Positions 38,601 through 48,114 of a stretch of DNA of 64,000 nt are shown here, in pieces (within the stretch, counting starts at the first letter, position 1; each line of letters starts with the position of its first letter). The stretch lies in assembly GCA_002269645.1 (NCBI GenBank), contig NIVC01000303.1, positions 565,819 to 629,818 on the forward strand. The letters are read 5' to 3'. A program made the translations under genes and the position numbers. The notes below the pieces were generated by a model. It was not told where the DNA came from. It worked only from the letters and a program-made list of their open reading frames with translations, and did no database searches. Source of the stretch: Macrostomum lignano. Taxonomy: Eukaryota.

Positions 38601-39214
38601 CTGAAGTGCCTACTTTCATGTTCGGTTGATGAGATCTTACCCTAGTACTACTCCTATGCTTAAGGTTTGAATAAAATATTCTGGCTTTATTCTATTTTCA
38701 AAGATCTTACTAATAAAACCAAATAATAAATTTAAAAGATTTAGTTTTTATATATGAAATTAATTTTGATATCATTATTTTTATATATACCAAAAACTTG
38801 AACAAAATAGTTCAATAGGCCTAGTTAGAACATAATTAGAACAACAACATTATATGCAAATTTGCAGTTAGTATAGCCTATTCAATTATATGGATAGGTA
38901 GTTTTTTATATCATATTCATAAATCATAGCATAGGCCTAGGTCTATATTGTAAGCCATGGGCAAAGGCATAAGTTAAGTAAGTCCTAGCCATGCAAGTTA
39001 AATACAATGTAAATAAGAACATATTATTAGAAATAAAAAAATTAATATATAAAACCTTTATTTAAAATTATGACACTAATGAACTTTCATAAATACAAAA
39101 AACAAATATATTACATGGATTTACTATTCAGTATTCGATTTTATTCAGCATACCTGTAAGAGAGCAGCTTACTGCAGTAGATCGTTGGGCTGTTACAATA
39201 TAATTTTTCGACAT
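789..39214 (-). CDS. DDB1: DNA damage-binding protein 1 (CUL4 adaptor), spliced, 3'-partial: join(39154-39214,20278-20426,19101-19625,18198-18437,17505-18026,6364-6711,5594-5824,4211-4906,3258-3659,789-1154); 3540 nt = 1180 codons; final exon lies left of the window
   Basis: All junctions are GT-AG with consistent phase. Peptides match DDB1 in order: [111 protein letters not shown]. Confidence 0.96.
1415..3250. repeat. 38-bp minisatellite in DDB1 intron 9
   Basis: Unit GAGTGACGCACACGGATCTAAGAGTGACACGCATAAGA; period 38 (1561 to 1599). Confidence 0.97.
3258..3659 (-). CDS. DDB1: DDB1 coding exon 9
   Basis: [13 protein letters not shown]...[15 protein letters not shown]...[13 protein letters not shown], flanked by AG and GT. 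Confidence 0.95.
3740..4143. repeat. 36-bp minisatellite in DDB1 intron 8
   Basis: Unit ...GGAGATTCTATCAGATGAGGGAAATCCCAGCTTG; period 36 (3901 to 3937). Confidence 0.95.
4211..4906 (-). CDS. DDB1: DDB1 coding exon 8
   Basis: [15 protein letters not shown]...[17 protein letters not shown]...YFVVGT...EPSAGRLL, flanked by AG and GT. Confidence 0.95.
4940..5470. repeat. 23-bp minisatellite in DDB1 intron 7
   Basis: Unit GATAGGGATAGACTCAGGTGAGT; period 23. Confidence 0.96.
5594..5824 (-). CDS. DDB1: DDB1 coding exon 7
   Basis: IIPRSIVL...GIGDG...IGTQP...CTDRP...SGKL, donor GTGAGT. Confidence 0.93.
5885..6345. repeat. 28-bp minisatellite in DDB1 intron 6
   Basis: Unit GATAGATCTAATGGGTCATCATACTGCA; period 28. 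Confidence 0.96.
6364..6711 (-). CDS. DDB1: DDB1 coding exon 6
   Basis: VTPQSARLL...[10 protein letters not shown]...[12 protein letters not shown]...LGVQ, flanked by AG and GT. Confidence 0.93.
6904..16291. mobile_element. 9,388-bp fully palindromic (foldback) element with 6-bp TSD, no recognisable protein gene; Maverick/Polinton-like end signature (inference)
   Basis: TATGAG at 6898-6903 and 16292-16297. Ends ACTACTAAGGGATTCCG... and ...CGGAATCCCTTAGTAGT. Mirror-image ORF pairs (e.g. 10710-11078+ and 12119-12487-) have identical translations. Centre near 11593. Confidence 0.92.
11466..11729. repeat. (CA)n and (TG)n microsatellites flanking an imperfect GC-rich hairpin at the palindrome centre
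   Basis: CA tract 11466-11539, spacer 11540-11636, TG tract 11637-11729. Confidence 0.95.
16516..17410. repeat. Degenerate inverted-repeat element built of AGGTGCA/TGCACCT motifs (probable old MITE/foldback)
   Basis: 16520-16598 is an imperfect reverse complement of 16884-16964; motif strand bias switches near 16930; ends and TSD not resolved. Confidence 0.55.
17505..18026 (-). CDS. DDB1: DDB1 coding exon 5
   Basis: [32 protein letters not shown]...GQIVQ, flanked by AG and GT. Confidence 0.95.
18198..18437 (-). CDS. DDB1: DDB1 coding exon 4
   Basis: ASMLIPLP...[16 protein letters not shown]...KDMK, flanked by AG and GT. Confidence 0.94.
18680..18985. repeat. Degenerate 25-bp minisatellite in DDB1 intron 3
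   Basis: Unit GTAAGTGATTTCTTAGAAT-NNNNNN; period 25 (18731, 18756, 18781). Confidence 0.9.
19101..19625 (-). CDS. DDB1: DDB1 coding exon 3
   Basis: [13 protein letters not shown]...[11 protein letters not shown], flanked by AG and GT. Confidence 0.94.
19748..19897 (+). mobile_element. tRNA-derived SINE in DDB1 intron 2 (antisense to DDB1)
   Basis: A-box TAGTCTAGTGG and B-box GGTTCGATT in a tRNA-like head that lacks a proper acceptor stem, followed by GTGTTCCTGAGCAAGACACT...CACCCAGCAGTAAAATGAGTAC, resembling conserved invertebrate SINE core domains (subtype not assignable by eye). Confidence 0.7.
20278..20426 (-). CDS. DDB1: DDB1 coding exon 2
   Basis: ACAG|GT CAT TTT ([15 protein letters not shown]...GFQPQ), donor CAG|GTATCT. 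Confidence 0.93.
21101..21370 (-). mobile_element. Diverged copy of the small element at 26794-27068, opposite orientation
   Basis: Its reverse complement shares GGTGACCACC...GTGGGGTGACCCAC...TTTTGTGAGATT...CTCTAATT with 26838-26950. Confidence 0.55.
23995..26345. repeat. 45-bp minisatellite (with 48-bp variants)
   Basis: Unit GACAGAAGCAGTTAGAGAGGCGCCCTTCATACATGTAGATTGATG; period 45 (24001 to 24046). Confidence 0.97.
26794..27068. mobile_element. hAT-type non-autonomous element, 275 bp
   Basis: Ends CAGTGGCGG and CCGCCACTA; flanking 8-mers AATACAAC and AATAGAAC (7/8 match). Confidence 0.6.
27392..29908. repeat. 142-bp tandem satellite, ~17.7 nearly identical copies
   Basis: Unit starts AAAATGCTGAGCTAGGCCAAACTCAGCTC; first unit 140 bp, then 142 bp (27532 to 27674). 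Confidence 0.98.
30690..31935. repeat. ~18-20-bp purine-rich minisatellite
   Basis: Unit GCGGATGCAGAGGAAGGG(G) with variants. Confidence 0.96.
32480..36190. repeat. Compound ~20-24-bp pyrimidine-rich minisatellite with higher-order duplications
   Basis: Core TCTCCTCTCTATCAGC followed by variable linkers; source of the spurious 1275, 1121 and 863 aa ORFs. Confidence 0.97.
39154..39214 (-). CDS. DDB1: DDB1 coding exon 1 (61 nt)
   Basis: ATG at 39214-39212, [21 protein letters not shown], donor G|GTATGC; phase 1 completes with exon 2. Confidence 0.9.
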
Positions 39215-40559
39215 TATTATTGCAGAAAGTAAACTCAATATAAAAAGTGCGAATTTTCTATATGTCCTTCCTTTCGATCGCTGAACTACTCGCTGAAACG
39301 ACGAACAAACTACGAAAACAAATAAATGTAAAGCTTCGGCGCCGACAGACTCCGAGACGCACATGTCGTAAATTTTTCAGTAACCTAATTTTTTCAACCT
39401 AATTTTTTTTTTCAAACTAACCTAATTAGTTTTTGCCTAATTTTTTCAACTACAATTTTAGAAATTCGTCAAAAAGTTTAAATATATTTCGTAGCAGTAC
39501 AAAGTTTTATAATGTATTTTATTCTTGTATATTTTGTGTTATAATTTTTAGTATTTTTAGCAAAAATTTAAAAAGCAATTTAAATTTAATTTGCTCTATA
39601 GATCCTCAAGTGCAGACTCAAACTGATCAATGCTGATCAAGCATCGCTCCATACTCTACTTGAGTAGTCCTTGGAATTTGCCTGCTCGTTTGTTCATATC
39701 CTCTCTGTCCAAAGATTCACACTAAGCTGTTGTTTTTTTGTTAAAATAAATTAGTTCCTCTTAGAAATTAATATTTCAAGTCTGATTAGAGCTGCATAAT
39801 TTTGCAGTTTCTATCTAAATCTAATTTAATGACTTGCTTTTCTAATTCTAATTGCTTCTAATATATAATCTTTATCTTCAGAAAAAATAGTAGTATTTTT
39901 CTTTTTTTCTTTACTTTATTCTATTTATAACTTATGATTTAAAGTAGGCCCTAAAAACAAATTACTTTAGTGATTGTTCATAATTTAAATATTTAGCAAA
40001 GTCTATGACTAAGGATCTATGACTAAAATTTAGTGCCTATCCTCTCAGCAAGATTGAAATATAGAAGATAGGGCAGCTATTTCATCAGTGTGCCATGTGA
40101 ATAAATAGAAAATTATTCTCATGCCATATTGCGGAAGGTTTTCTGTGTACGCCGGACACATTTTTATTGAATTTTCAATTGTACGCCAACAGATTTTAAA
40201 TGTATGCCAACTTAAAAACGGTAAAAAAATCAGCAAACAAAAATTGATAACGACATGACGATTGTCGTGACAACTCCGGTAATTAAAATGATTGGTAAAT
40301 GAAAAAATAGTAGCAGAAAAAAATGTTTTTTTTTAAATAACTTAACACAGAAAAAGCACGAAAAAATTATTTATATTAATTTCTATGCCAGTCATATACA
40401 CCACACTGTATACCACACTGTACACAGCCAATAAATGTACGTTGGTGTACGCCACAGGAATCAAATGTATGCCAGAATTTTCTGGCATATACCCCACCAT
40501 CCACAAAATGGTTCTCATAGTATTACTAGAATAAAACCATAGTCTTAAGTATGAATTAT

Positions 40560-42510
40560 GGTTACTTTGGTGACATCCATTTCAGTGACAGGTTACTTTG
40601 GTGACAAAATAATGTGTGTATAATTTCACATTTAAACTGAAATTAAATACTCTAGATTAGTCACTCCTAATTTAATGCCTTGCTTAAATAGGTCAGTTTT
40701 GAAAAGGAAGTATATTGTGAGGTAGGGGTGGAGAAGAAAAATAAATTTTTGAATTGGCAGTTTGAATTGTTAGTTGACACTAGTGAAGTGGGGTGGATTC
40801 TTTGTTTGAATTTCTGCAGGTGTTGTCTCAACACTCGTAAAGCCAGAAAATTTCTTGAAGTGATACACTGATTCTTCTCCTTGGATACTCCATCTGCCAG
40901 GGTCCTCAATTCCAGGGGGAGGGTAGTTATAATTGTAGTCGAGCAGTCTTGTAGCGGCCTAGGTTGTTCAGAATGGGTCCTCAGACACTGTGAACTTGTA
41001 ATTTGTCAAGAATGCTAGTTGTGTTACTCTCAGTAGTAAAGTAGTGTTTCCACTACTGTAAATTTTATATTATGGAACGTTAAGGGTCTTAGAGCTTTCT
41101 TTGAGTTGAGACTAATCAGTTATTTTACACCCTACGGGCAAAGAACTCAATTAAAAGTAACAGCTTCGATGGAGATTAACAGAATAAATATTATTATTAG
41201 ATTGAGCTGGTTATTATTAATTATTATGGTAGTTGATTACTAAAGTAAAATGTTACTACGCATGAGATTAATTCAACAGCACCAAGGGTGAGCAAAAAAT
41301 TAAACTAAAACTTGGAACTAATAAATGAATGCAAAGAGCTAGACTTATCTACACGAGACACTAACATTAGCAATAAACAAAACTAAGGAAAATGACAGCA
41401 GGTTCCAAAAGTAGCAAAGGGAACTAGACAAAAGAAGGAAACTGAAAGGAAAAAAACAAAAAACAAAAACTAAGCAAACACTTCCAACAACAAAGTAACT
41501 TATAGTAAAAGCATGGGATCCCAGGGGATGGGACAGAGGATGGGACAAAGGAAGGGACAACAATGGGAAACAAGAAAACCTGGCCACTGGAGTCATAAAA
41601 CACAGGGGCCAAAATGGGAACAATAAGGGGAACAGACGAGGGAACAAAGGTGGGGACAACCAGGGAAACAAACAGGGGAGCATACATTGAAAATAGTGAC
41701 AACAATCCGTCTTGTCACCATTTGGAAAAATGGGCCCGGTCGTCCCCTAGTCGTCGTCCACGCGGAAGGTCTGCTGTCGTTCGCCCCAGTGGTAGACCAG
41801 CCTACCACAATTGCTTGTTTAAAGTTAGGTGTTTCTAAGAAAAAGAACATATATTTTAATCTTGAAGATTTCTTTTCAAAGTAATTTTCAATTGCTTTTG
41901 AGATTCTTTACAATTTTGTCAAACACATAATTTGTCAAAAGCTGACAAAATAAATGTATAAAATACTATGTCCATGCACATCGGCAAAGCATAGATGTAA
42001 AGGTAAAATTATAAGATAGATTAATTAAGGGTTAGAATTATTTCTTAGAACAAATTTTTCATGTTTATTTCTTAGAAACCCTTTGCTTAAACAAAAAATT
42101 ATATTGTACCTTACATATATTTTGTATCTTCACTTAGCAGAACATTGAAATATAGTAATTTCTAAGAAAACTATTTCAACTTAAATTCAAAATTGATTTT
42201 AAATTATTGACCAAAAGGTTTTTTATTGAACCATTCACATTGGCTCATGCTTGGGCGCAACCTTGGGATTCACCCGGCCGTTTCTATTGGCAACACACGC
42301 ATGTAAGTCGCTATTGGCTGAGAGCAGTCACGTGACTACTGTTCTGTCCAATAGCGACTTACATGCGTTTGTTGCCAATAGAAACGGCCGAGTGAATCCC
42401 AAAGTTGCGCATGTATGCATTGGCTCGACATACATGTTTGTCACCAAAGTAACCTGTCACCAAAATGGTTGCCACCGAAGTGACTGTCACTAAACTGACT
42501 ATCATCGAAG
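40560..42510. mobile_element. Probable degenerate DNA element bounded by inverted subterminal repeats
   Basis: AGGTTACTTTGGTGACA (40590 region) is the reverse complement of TGTCACCAAAGTAACCT (42441); both sit in short tandem clusters. True ends and TSD not found. Confidence 0.4.
42246..42417. mobile_element. 172-bp palindromic hAT-type MITE (copy B)
   Basis: Perfect 8-bp TSD CATTGGCT (42238-42245, 42418-42425); same family as 450-621. Confidence 0.88.
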
Positions 42511-43589
42511 TAACCAATTCCCTTAAGTATGCGCTGTGCACACATATAATGCAGGAACATCTCCTAGCCATGCATGCTGCATGTGGAGGGAGAGCTGGAA
42601 GGGTAGGTCCATGCTGCATGCCAATGGACCAGGGCAAGTGACTTTGATAAATATAATAGTAAGTAACTTATCCACTTGGACCACTTAGCTCTCTCCTCTC
42701 TGGTTTCCTAGACTCTCTGTCCATCAACAAATTGAAAAAACTACATTAAACAAAATACTTTCTAATAACACAAAAACAGTATTTTGTCTAAAGTAAACAA
42801 TAAAACCTACAAAATTTTAAAATACTTGTATCTTTTTTATTTTAAAGCATATTTTCTGTAGGCTAGTTTTCATTTTTTGGATTTTTAATTTTCTTGTCAT
42901 TGTTATTATTACTTTTTGAACTTTGAAGTACTGTATGGCATGTGCAGTGTCTAGTGTGCCATGCCAGTGTGTGTGTGTTGCACAGTGCACGCTGTGCATG
43001 TGGCGTATGCAGGCCTTAGACCTAGTTATGCGCAGGAATAATTCCCACAGAAAAGCATACTCAAGAGTGTGAGAATAAGACAAATTATTCCTATAGTCCT
43101 ATGCAGATAAGCAGAAAATTATTCCCATGGCACATATAGAAGATAGGGCAGATATCTCATCAATGTGCTATGTGGATAAGTAAAATTTTTTTCTATAGCA
43201 TATGTAGAAGATAGGGCAGATATCTTATCAATGTGCTATACAGATAAGCAGAAAATTATTCCTATAGCATATATAGAAGATAGGGCAGATATCTTGTCAG
43301 TGTGCTATATGGATAAGCAGAAAATTATTCCTACAGTACTGTGGAGATAAGCACTGCCTTTAATAAAATAGAGTCATAATATTTAATTTTTTTATTACGA
43401 TATGTATTCTTTGTATATTTGGAAAAAAAAACTTTTAACGTTATTTGAATTGAATATAATATTTGAAAATGGAGTAAGTACATATTTACATGTCACACTT
43501 TACATGTAAACTAAGAAGATTTTACTGTATAGACTGCATTGAGTGTGGCATACCGTGTGCCATATGCACCATGTGCACTTTGCATTGCA

Positions 43590-44471
43590 TAGATTGCTTT
43601 GCATAGATGGGCAATCAGATTGGCATAGTAGGCACCTATGACTGTCTGCTTGTTTGGCAGAAAGTCTAGCAGCAGTTGGCCTTTGGCATCCCAAAAGACA
43701 ATAAGCATTATCTTGCCTGTACTGCATATAGTCCATGCATTCAATGGTGCAGATGAACCAACTGGCAGCCACTACTTTGACTCTTCCTTTGATTGAGGAT
43801 TGTGGTGGTGGATCCATGTTCATCACCAGTCACATCGCAGGACAGAAAGCTAACAGGATCTGGATTGTAAGCTTGCAGGACAAGCTTCGCATATTGTAAC
43901 TGTGTGGATTTCTGGTTGCTTGTCAAGATTTATGGAATCCATTAAGGCCAAGACATTTGACAGATAAAGATGCTGGTGTAGGATCTCAATGACTTGTGTC
44001 AGAGAGCCCAGTGTCTGCTGCAAGTTCCCTGACCTTTACTTGCCAGTCACTATCAACCAGGGCCTAGATGTGCTGGATGTTTTCAGCAGTGACAGCAGTT
44101 CAGGGGCATGTGCATCGAGGGTCATCTTTGAGAGAGTTGCAGCCAATGCTTGAACTCAGCTGCCCAATGCTTCACGTGGTGTATGAGGGGGCAGCCCCAG
44201 CATACACGCCAGCCATTCGACTTGATATTTCAGTCAGGTTTTGAGCCCTCCAGGGTCAGGAATTTGATTACTGCCCTGTACTTAATCTTAAGTTCTTGAG
44301 AATTTGCCATAAGTAGCTGGAAGTATTAAGGTGCTATGAAACGTAAGTAAAGCCTAGAGAGCTGAAAATTTTGTCAGAGACTATTAATATATTATTGTGT
44401 TAGAGCATCAGTTTTCAGCGCTTTGTGACCATGGGATCTTGGTTAGGCTCAGAACTTTTTAGTGCCTCTCG
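43590..44471 (-). pseudogene. Degenerate, 3'-truncated mariner transposon
   Basis: TA|CGAGAGGCACTAAAAAGTTCTGAGCC is a mariner-like TIR. ATG at 44310: MANSQELKIKYRAVIKFL (HTH start). Broken frames give VTGDE and GKIMLIVFWDAKGQLLLDFLPNKQTVIGAYYANL. Multiple stops and frameshifts. Confidence 0.88.
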
Positions 44472-44703
44472 TATTGTTCAATACAGTTTTTCTAGTAATA
44501 AACTTTTATTGTCATTTTACTATCAAAAAAATCAGCTGAAAACTTAAAACATTGATTAGTGTAAGCCTGTACTTTCATTTTAATGGAGGCGTTTTTCAAT
44601 GGAGCTACTATTAGAGCTGTCATCTCATTTCTAATTCTTTATTTTAATCGAACTATTTGCCTATACAAGATTGCTTAAATTGGCCTCTGAAACCCTTACA
44701 CAG

Positions 44704-45144
44704 TAGCCGTCTCCGTGTACCCACATGCCCCACAATTGCAGGAGTTTGTTCCTCATCCCAGCCCGTCGGGCAGTCTCATGCACGAGATCCAACGCCTGGT
44801 TGCTACTCCAGGCAGTGGATCCGACATCGCTGCAGCTGGGGCTGCTGAATCTTCAAATCAGCAGCCAGCGCAGCAGCATCACCAACAGCAGCATCAGCAG
44901 CAGTTATTAGCTCAGCATCATCGATATTATTCCGGCGATTGGAAAGCGCCTAGAGCTGTCAATCATGTAGAGTGCGACAGCTGCGGCGCTGACGGCGACC
45001 TGCTGTGCTGCGACCGCTGCCCGGCCAGCTTCCACCCGGAGTGTCTCAATCCGCCACTAGAGAAAGAGGCTGCCCCCACTCATGATTGGTAAATTTGTCT
45101 GTCTCTACCAGTTAGATAGATAGATGGATACATATAGATAGATG

Positions 45145-45196
<52 letters not shown>

Positions 45197-45249
45197 TATA
45201 GATCGATAGATGGATAGATAGATAGATCGATTGATAGATAGATAGATAA

Positions 45250-45286
<37 letters not shown>

Positions 45287-45289
45287 CAC

Positions 45290-45328
<39 letters not shown>

Positions 45329-45602
45329 CATACATGCGCAACCTCCGAAATTCGGTCGGCCATGCGACTTAGTTTTAACAAAAATGCGACGTAGTTTTTG
45401 GCCAAAAATGCGACTTACATGTAAAAAACCCTAAAGCAAAATTAACGCAACTTTGGGTAAACGGCAGGAGTAACTATAACTGTCTTATTAAGACAAAATG
45501 CCTCGTCAGCTACTTAGTACTACTACAAGTGGGCATTTTAGCGACTTCCTTGGTTGGCCGCCAAATCGGTCGGCCGGATCGGCCGACTGTTGTGCATGTA
45601 TG

Positions 45603-45646
<44 letters not shown>

Positions 45647-45735
45647 CACAGACACACACACAGTCAGACAGACAGACAGACAGACAAACACACAGACAGA
45701 CAGACAGACACACAGACAGACAGACAGACAAACAC

Positions 45736-45774
<39 letters not shown>

Positions 45775-45775
45775 C

Positions 45776-45806
<31 letters not shown>

Positions 45807-48114
45807 CACAGACAGACAGACAGACACACACACACACACACACAGACAGACAGACAGACACACAGACAGACAAACACACAGACAGAAAAACACACATCAG
45901 TCAGAATTAAGCACACGTATTTACACGTGTCGGCCACCAAACCAGGTACTGCCACGAGTGCTCTCTTCGCCTGCTCAACGCCGGAGATTCATCAAACAAA
46001 GCCGACAGCGAGTCGCTGGACAGCCCGGGCGGCTGCCTCCTCGCCCTAGCAACCGCAGTCCAGGCCGCTAATCCTCGAGAATTCGCTCCGCCAGTCGCGT
46101 GTGGAGCCGACGCCACGGGCGGCCTCTTAATCCAGGGCCTCGCCGAGCGAACCAACTGCGGCGCCGCTCGAACTATCGAACTCGAATTGGGCGCATTTGT
46201 GCCCCAACCAGTTCGAAGATGCTACGTCTGCGGCGGTAATTGCCGGCGTGCACCGCTGCTGCCGTGCGACTACTGTTCGTTGTGCTATCATCTGGACTGC
46301 TTGGATCCGCCGCTGACTGTGCCGCCATCCCGATGGGATTTGTGGATATGCCCGGCTCATCCCGAGCATCTGATCGATCGATTTCTGCTCAGCAGTTCGC
46401 GATTGTCTGAGCGGGCTCAGCTGTGGAATCGACTGGCTAAAAAGCCCGTATCTGTGCAAGAGGTTCGGTCTCGTATTGGGCTTATTTATTGTAGTCTTGT
46501 CTTTGTTGTTTGAGTTTAGTGACTTGTGCCGTACTGTCTTCCGCTATCTCCATCTTCCCTGTCTCCCTCTACCCCATCTCCCTGTCTCCCTCTACCCCAT
46601 CTCCCTGTCTCCTTCTACCCCATCTCCCTGTCTCCCTCTACCCCATCTCCCTGTCTCCCTCTACCCCTTCTCCCTGTCTCCTTCTACCCCATCTCCCTGT
46701 CTCCCTCTACCCCATCTCCCTGTCTTCCTCTCCCATCTCCTTGTTTCACTATCCTTCTTCCTGTCTCCCTCTCCCCCATCTCTATGTCTCCCTCTCCTCC
46801 ATTTCCCTGTCTCTGTCTCCCTCTCCATCCATCTCTCTGTCTGCCTCTTTCTACCTCCGTCTTCTCGTCTCCCTCTCCGCCACCATTTCCATGTGCTCCA
46901 TTCCCTGACTCCCTCTCCTTCCATCTCTCTGCCTACCTACATCTCCCTGTATCCCTTTCCTTCATCTCCCTGCTCCCCTCCTCCATCTTCCTCTCTGTTT
47001 ACCTTTCTGTCTCCATCTCCTCCCCAATCGTGTCTTTTGTTGCCCCCTTCCAATATCCGCCATCTCCCTAAGCTTGTACTGTCTGCTATACTCCTTGTCC
47101 AGTAAATTGTTTCCTCTGTCCGCAATACTGCTCAAGCCTGCTTGATGAGTTCAGTCTACAAGCCAGTGCTCACTCTGCACTCTCCCTCATCAGGTGCTGC
47201 ACAATTTCTGCTCCAAACGTCGTCTTTGGCGTCGACTTCAACAGCGCCGATTTAGCGGCAGACTGAGACGCCGACAGCTGCCGCCACCAGCTGCGGCCAC
47301 CACTGTCCCGGCAGCCATCAAGGCAGCTTACCGCTGTCCCGCATCGCCGCCAACTCCACCGCGATCTCCGCCTCGAGCTTCGTCAGCGAAGCCTCCAACA
47401 GCCAAGGCAACGACAACAGGTCAGCGCACTGAGTTGGAACGTTGCGCAGCCGCCGCGCTGGAACAGCTGCAGAGCGGCAAGCAGCAGGTGCCATCAGCTC
47501 CAGGACAGACACCCTGTTTTGCCTATCTAGTTCGCTACTACGATTCATCTGATACTACTAGTAGTATGTCAGTTTATCGTCTAACTAATCAAGTAGTTAG
47601 CGTTGGACTATTAGATAGTAACATTTTATCTCTGGCTAGTCTGTGGAGCATCGACTGTTCGCTAATTGATCCGGAACAGCACGCCGTAATCTGCTGCTCA
47701 ACCGATGACGATGATAATAGCAGCTTCGAGTTGTTGAACTACAGTCAGTACGGTACTGTTGTTGATGGAGTAGTCTACGGTGTGGATGCTGACGCTAGCC
47801 GGTCCAGTAGAGAGCCTGTACTGTCTCATCTGGTTCAGACGGTTGATGATTTCTTGAATCGTAACGACGACGACAGCGATAGTCTCAACTCGTCTCTGTC
47901 CGACTCTGAAGCTAAGCCGGATGTTAAACAGTCGCTAATTAAAAGTACATCTCCACAGCCGCTGTCTCCGTCGACGCGTCGAATGCTGCGCTGCCGATGC
48001 GGCTTTGAACCGCTAGAAGCTCCAGCTGGATGGGAGGGCAGCGCTGTGCTGAGGCACGGGTCTGTCATTCGAATGGGCTGTCTGTCTATGCTATTTGTAC
48101 TGCCGCTGGGTTGA
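44704..48114 (+). CDS. PHF12: PHD finger protein 12-like (Sin3/Rpd3S-type subunit), 5'-partial: join(~44704-45088,45946-46462,47194-48114)
   Basis: [15 protein letters not shown] resembles the PHF12 N-terminus. PHD1 [28 protein letters not shown]...W|YCHEC is completed across the TG|G junction. PHD2 [19 protein letters not shown]...[10 protein letters not shown]-terminal [14 protein letters not shown] and [18 protein letters not shown]. Start codon exon not identified. Confidence 0.88.
45329..45602. mobile_element. 274-bp hAT-type MITE carrying a 28S rRNA-like fragment
   Basis: TIRs CATACATGCGCAAC and GTTGTGCATGTATG; 8-bp TSD GACAGACA (inside a GACA microsatellite, so not independent evidence). 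Same TIR as the right end of the 172-bp MITEs. Confidence 0.82.
45455..45518 (+). other. Diverged 64-bp fragment of eukaryotic LSU (28S) rRNA, H69-H71 region; not an rRNA gene
   Basis: 52/64 ungapped identity to the conserved GGGTAAACGGCGGGAGTAACTATGACTCTCTTAAGGTAGCCAAATGCCTCGTCATCTAATTAGT (reference recalled, aligned by eye). Confidence 0.8.
46555..46730. repeat. 23-bp pyrimidine-rich minisatellite in PHF12 intron
   Basis: Unit CCCTGTCTCCCTCTACCCCATCT. Confidence 0.9.

Larger units (their letters stand above)
22858..38642. mobile_element. TIR pair with TA flanks enclosing ~15.8 kb of DDB1 intron 1 (DNA-transposon ends; no transposase seen)
   Basis: TA|GGGTAAGATCTCATCAACCGAACA at 22856 is the exact reverse complement of TGTTCGGTTGATGAGATCTTACCC|TA ending 38644. 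The CCGAAC/GTTCGG motif recurs at 22875-22890, 23250-23345 and 37105-37165. Confidence 0.6.
45110..45890. repeat. (GATA)n/(GACA)n microsatellite in PHF12 intron, interrupted by a MITE
   Basis: Direct reading. Confidence 0.96.

Noticed and set aside
45455-45518. rRNA gene
   Set aside because: Similarity is limited to 64 bp inside a MITE; no flanking rDNA.
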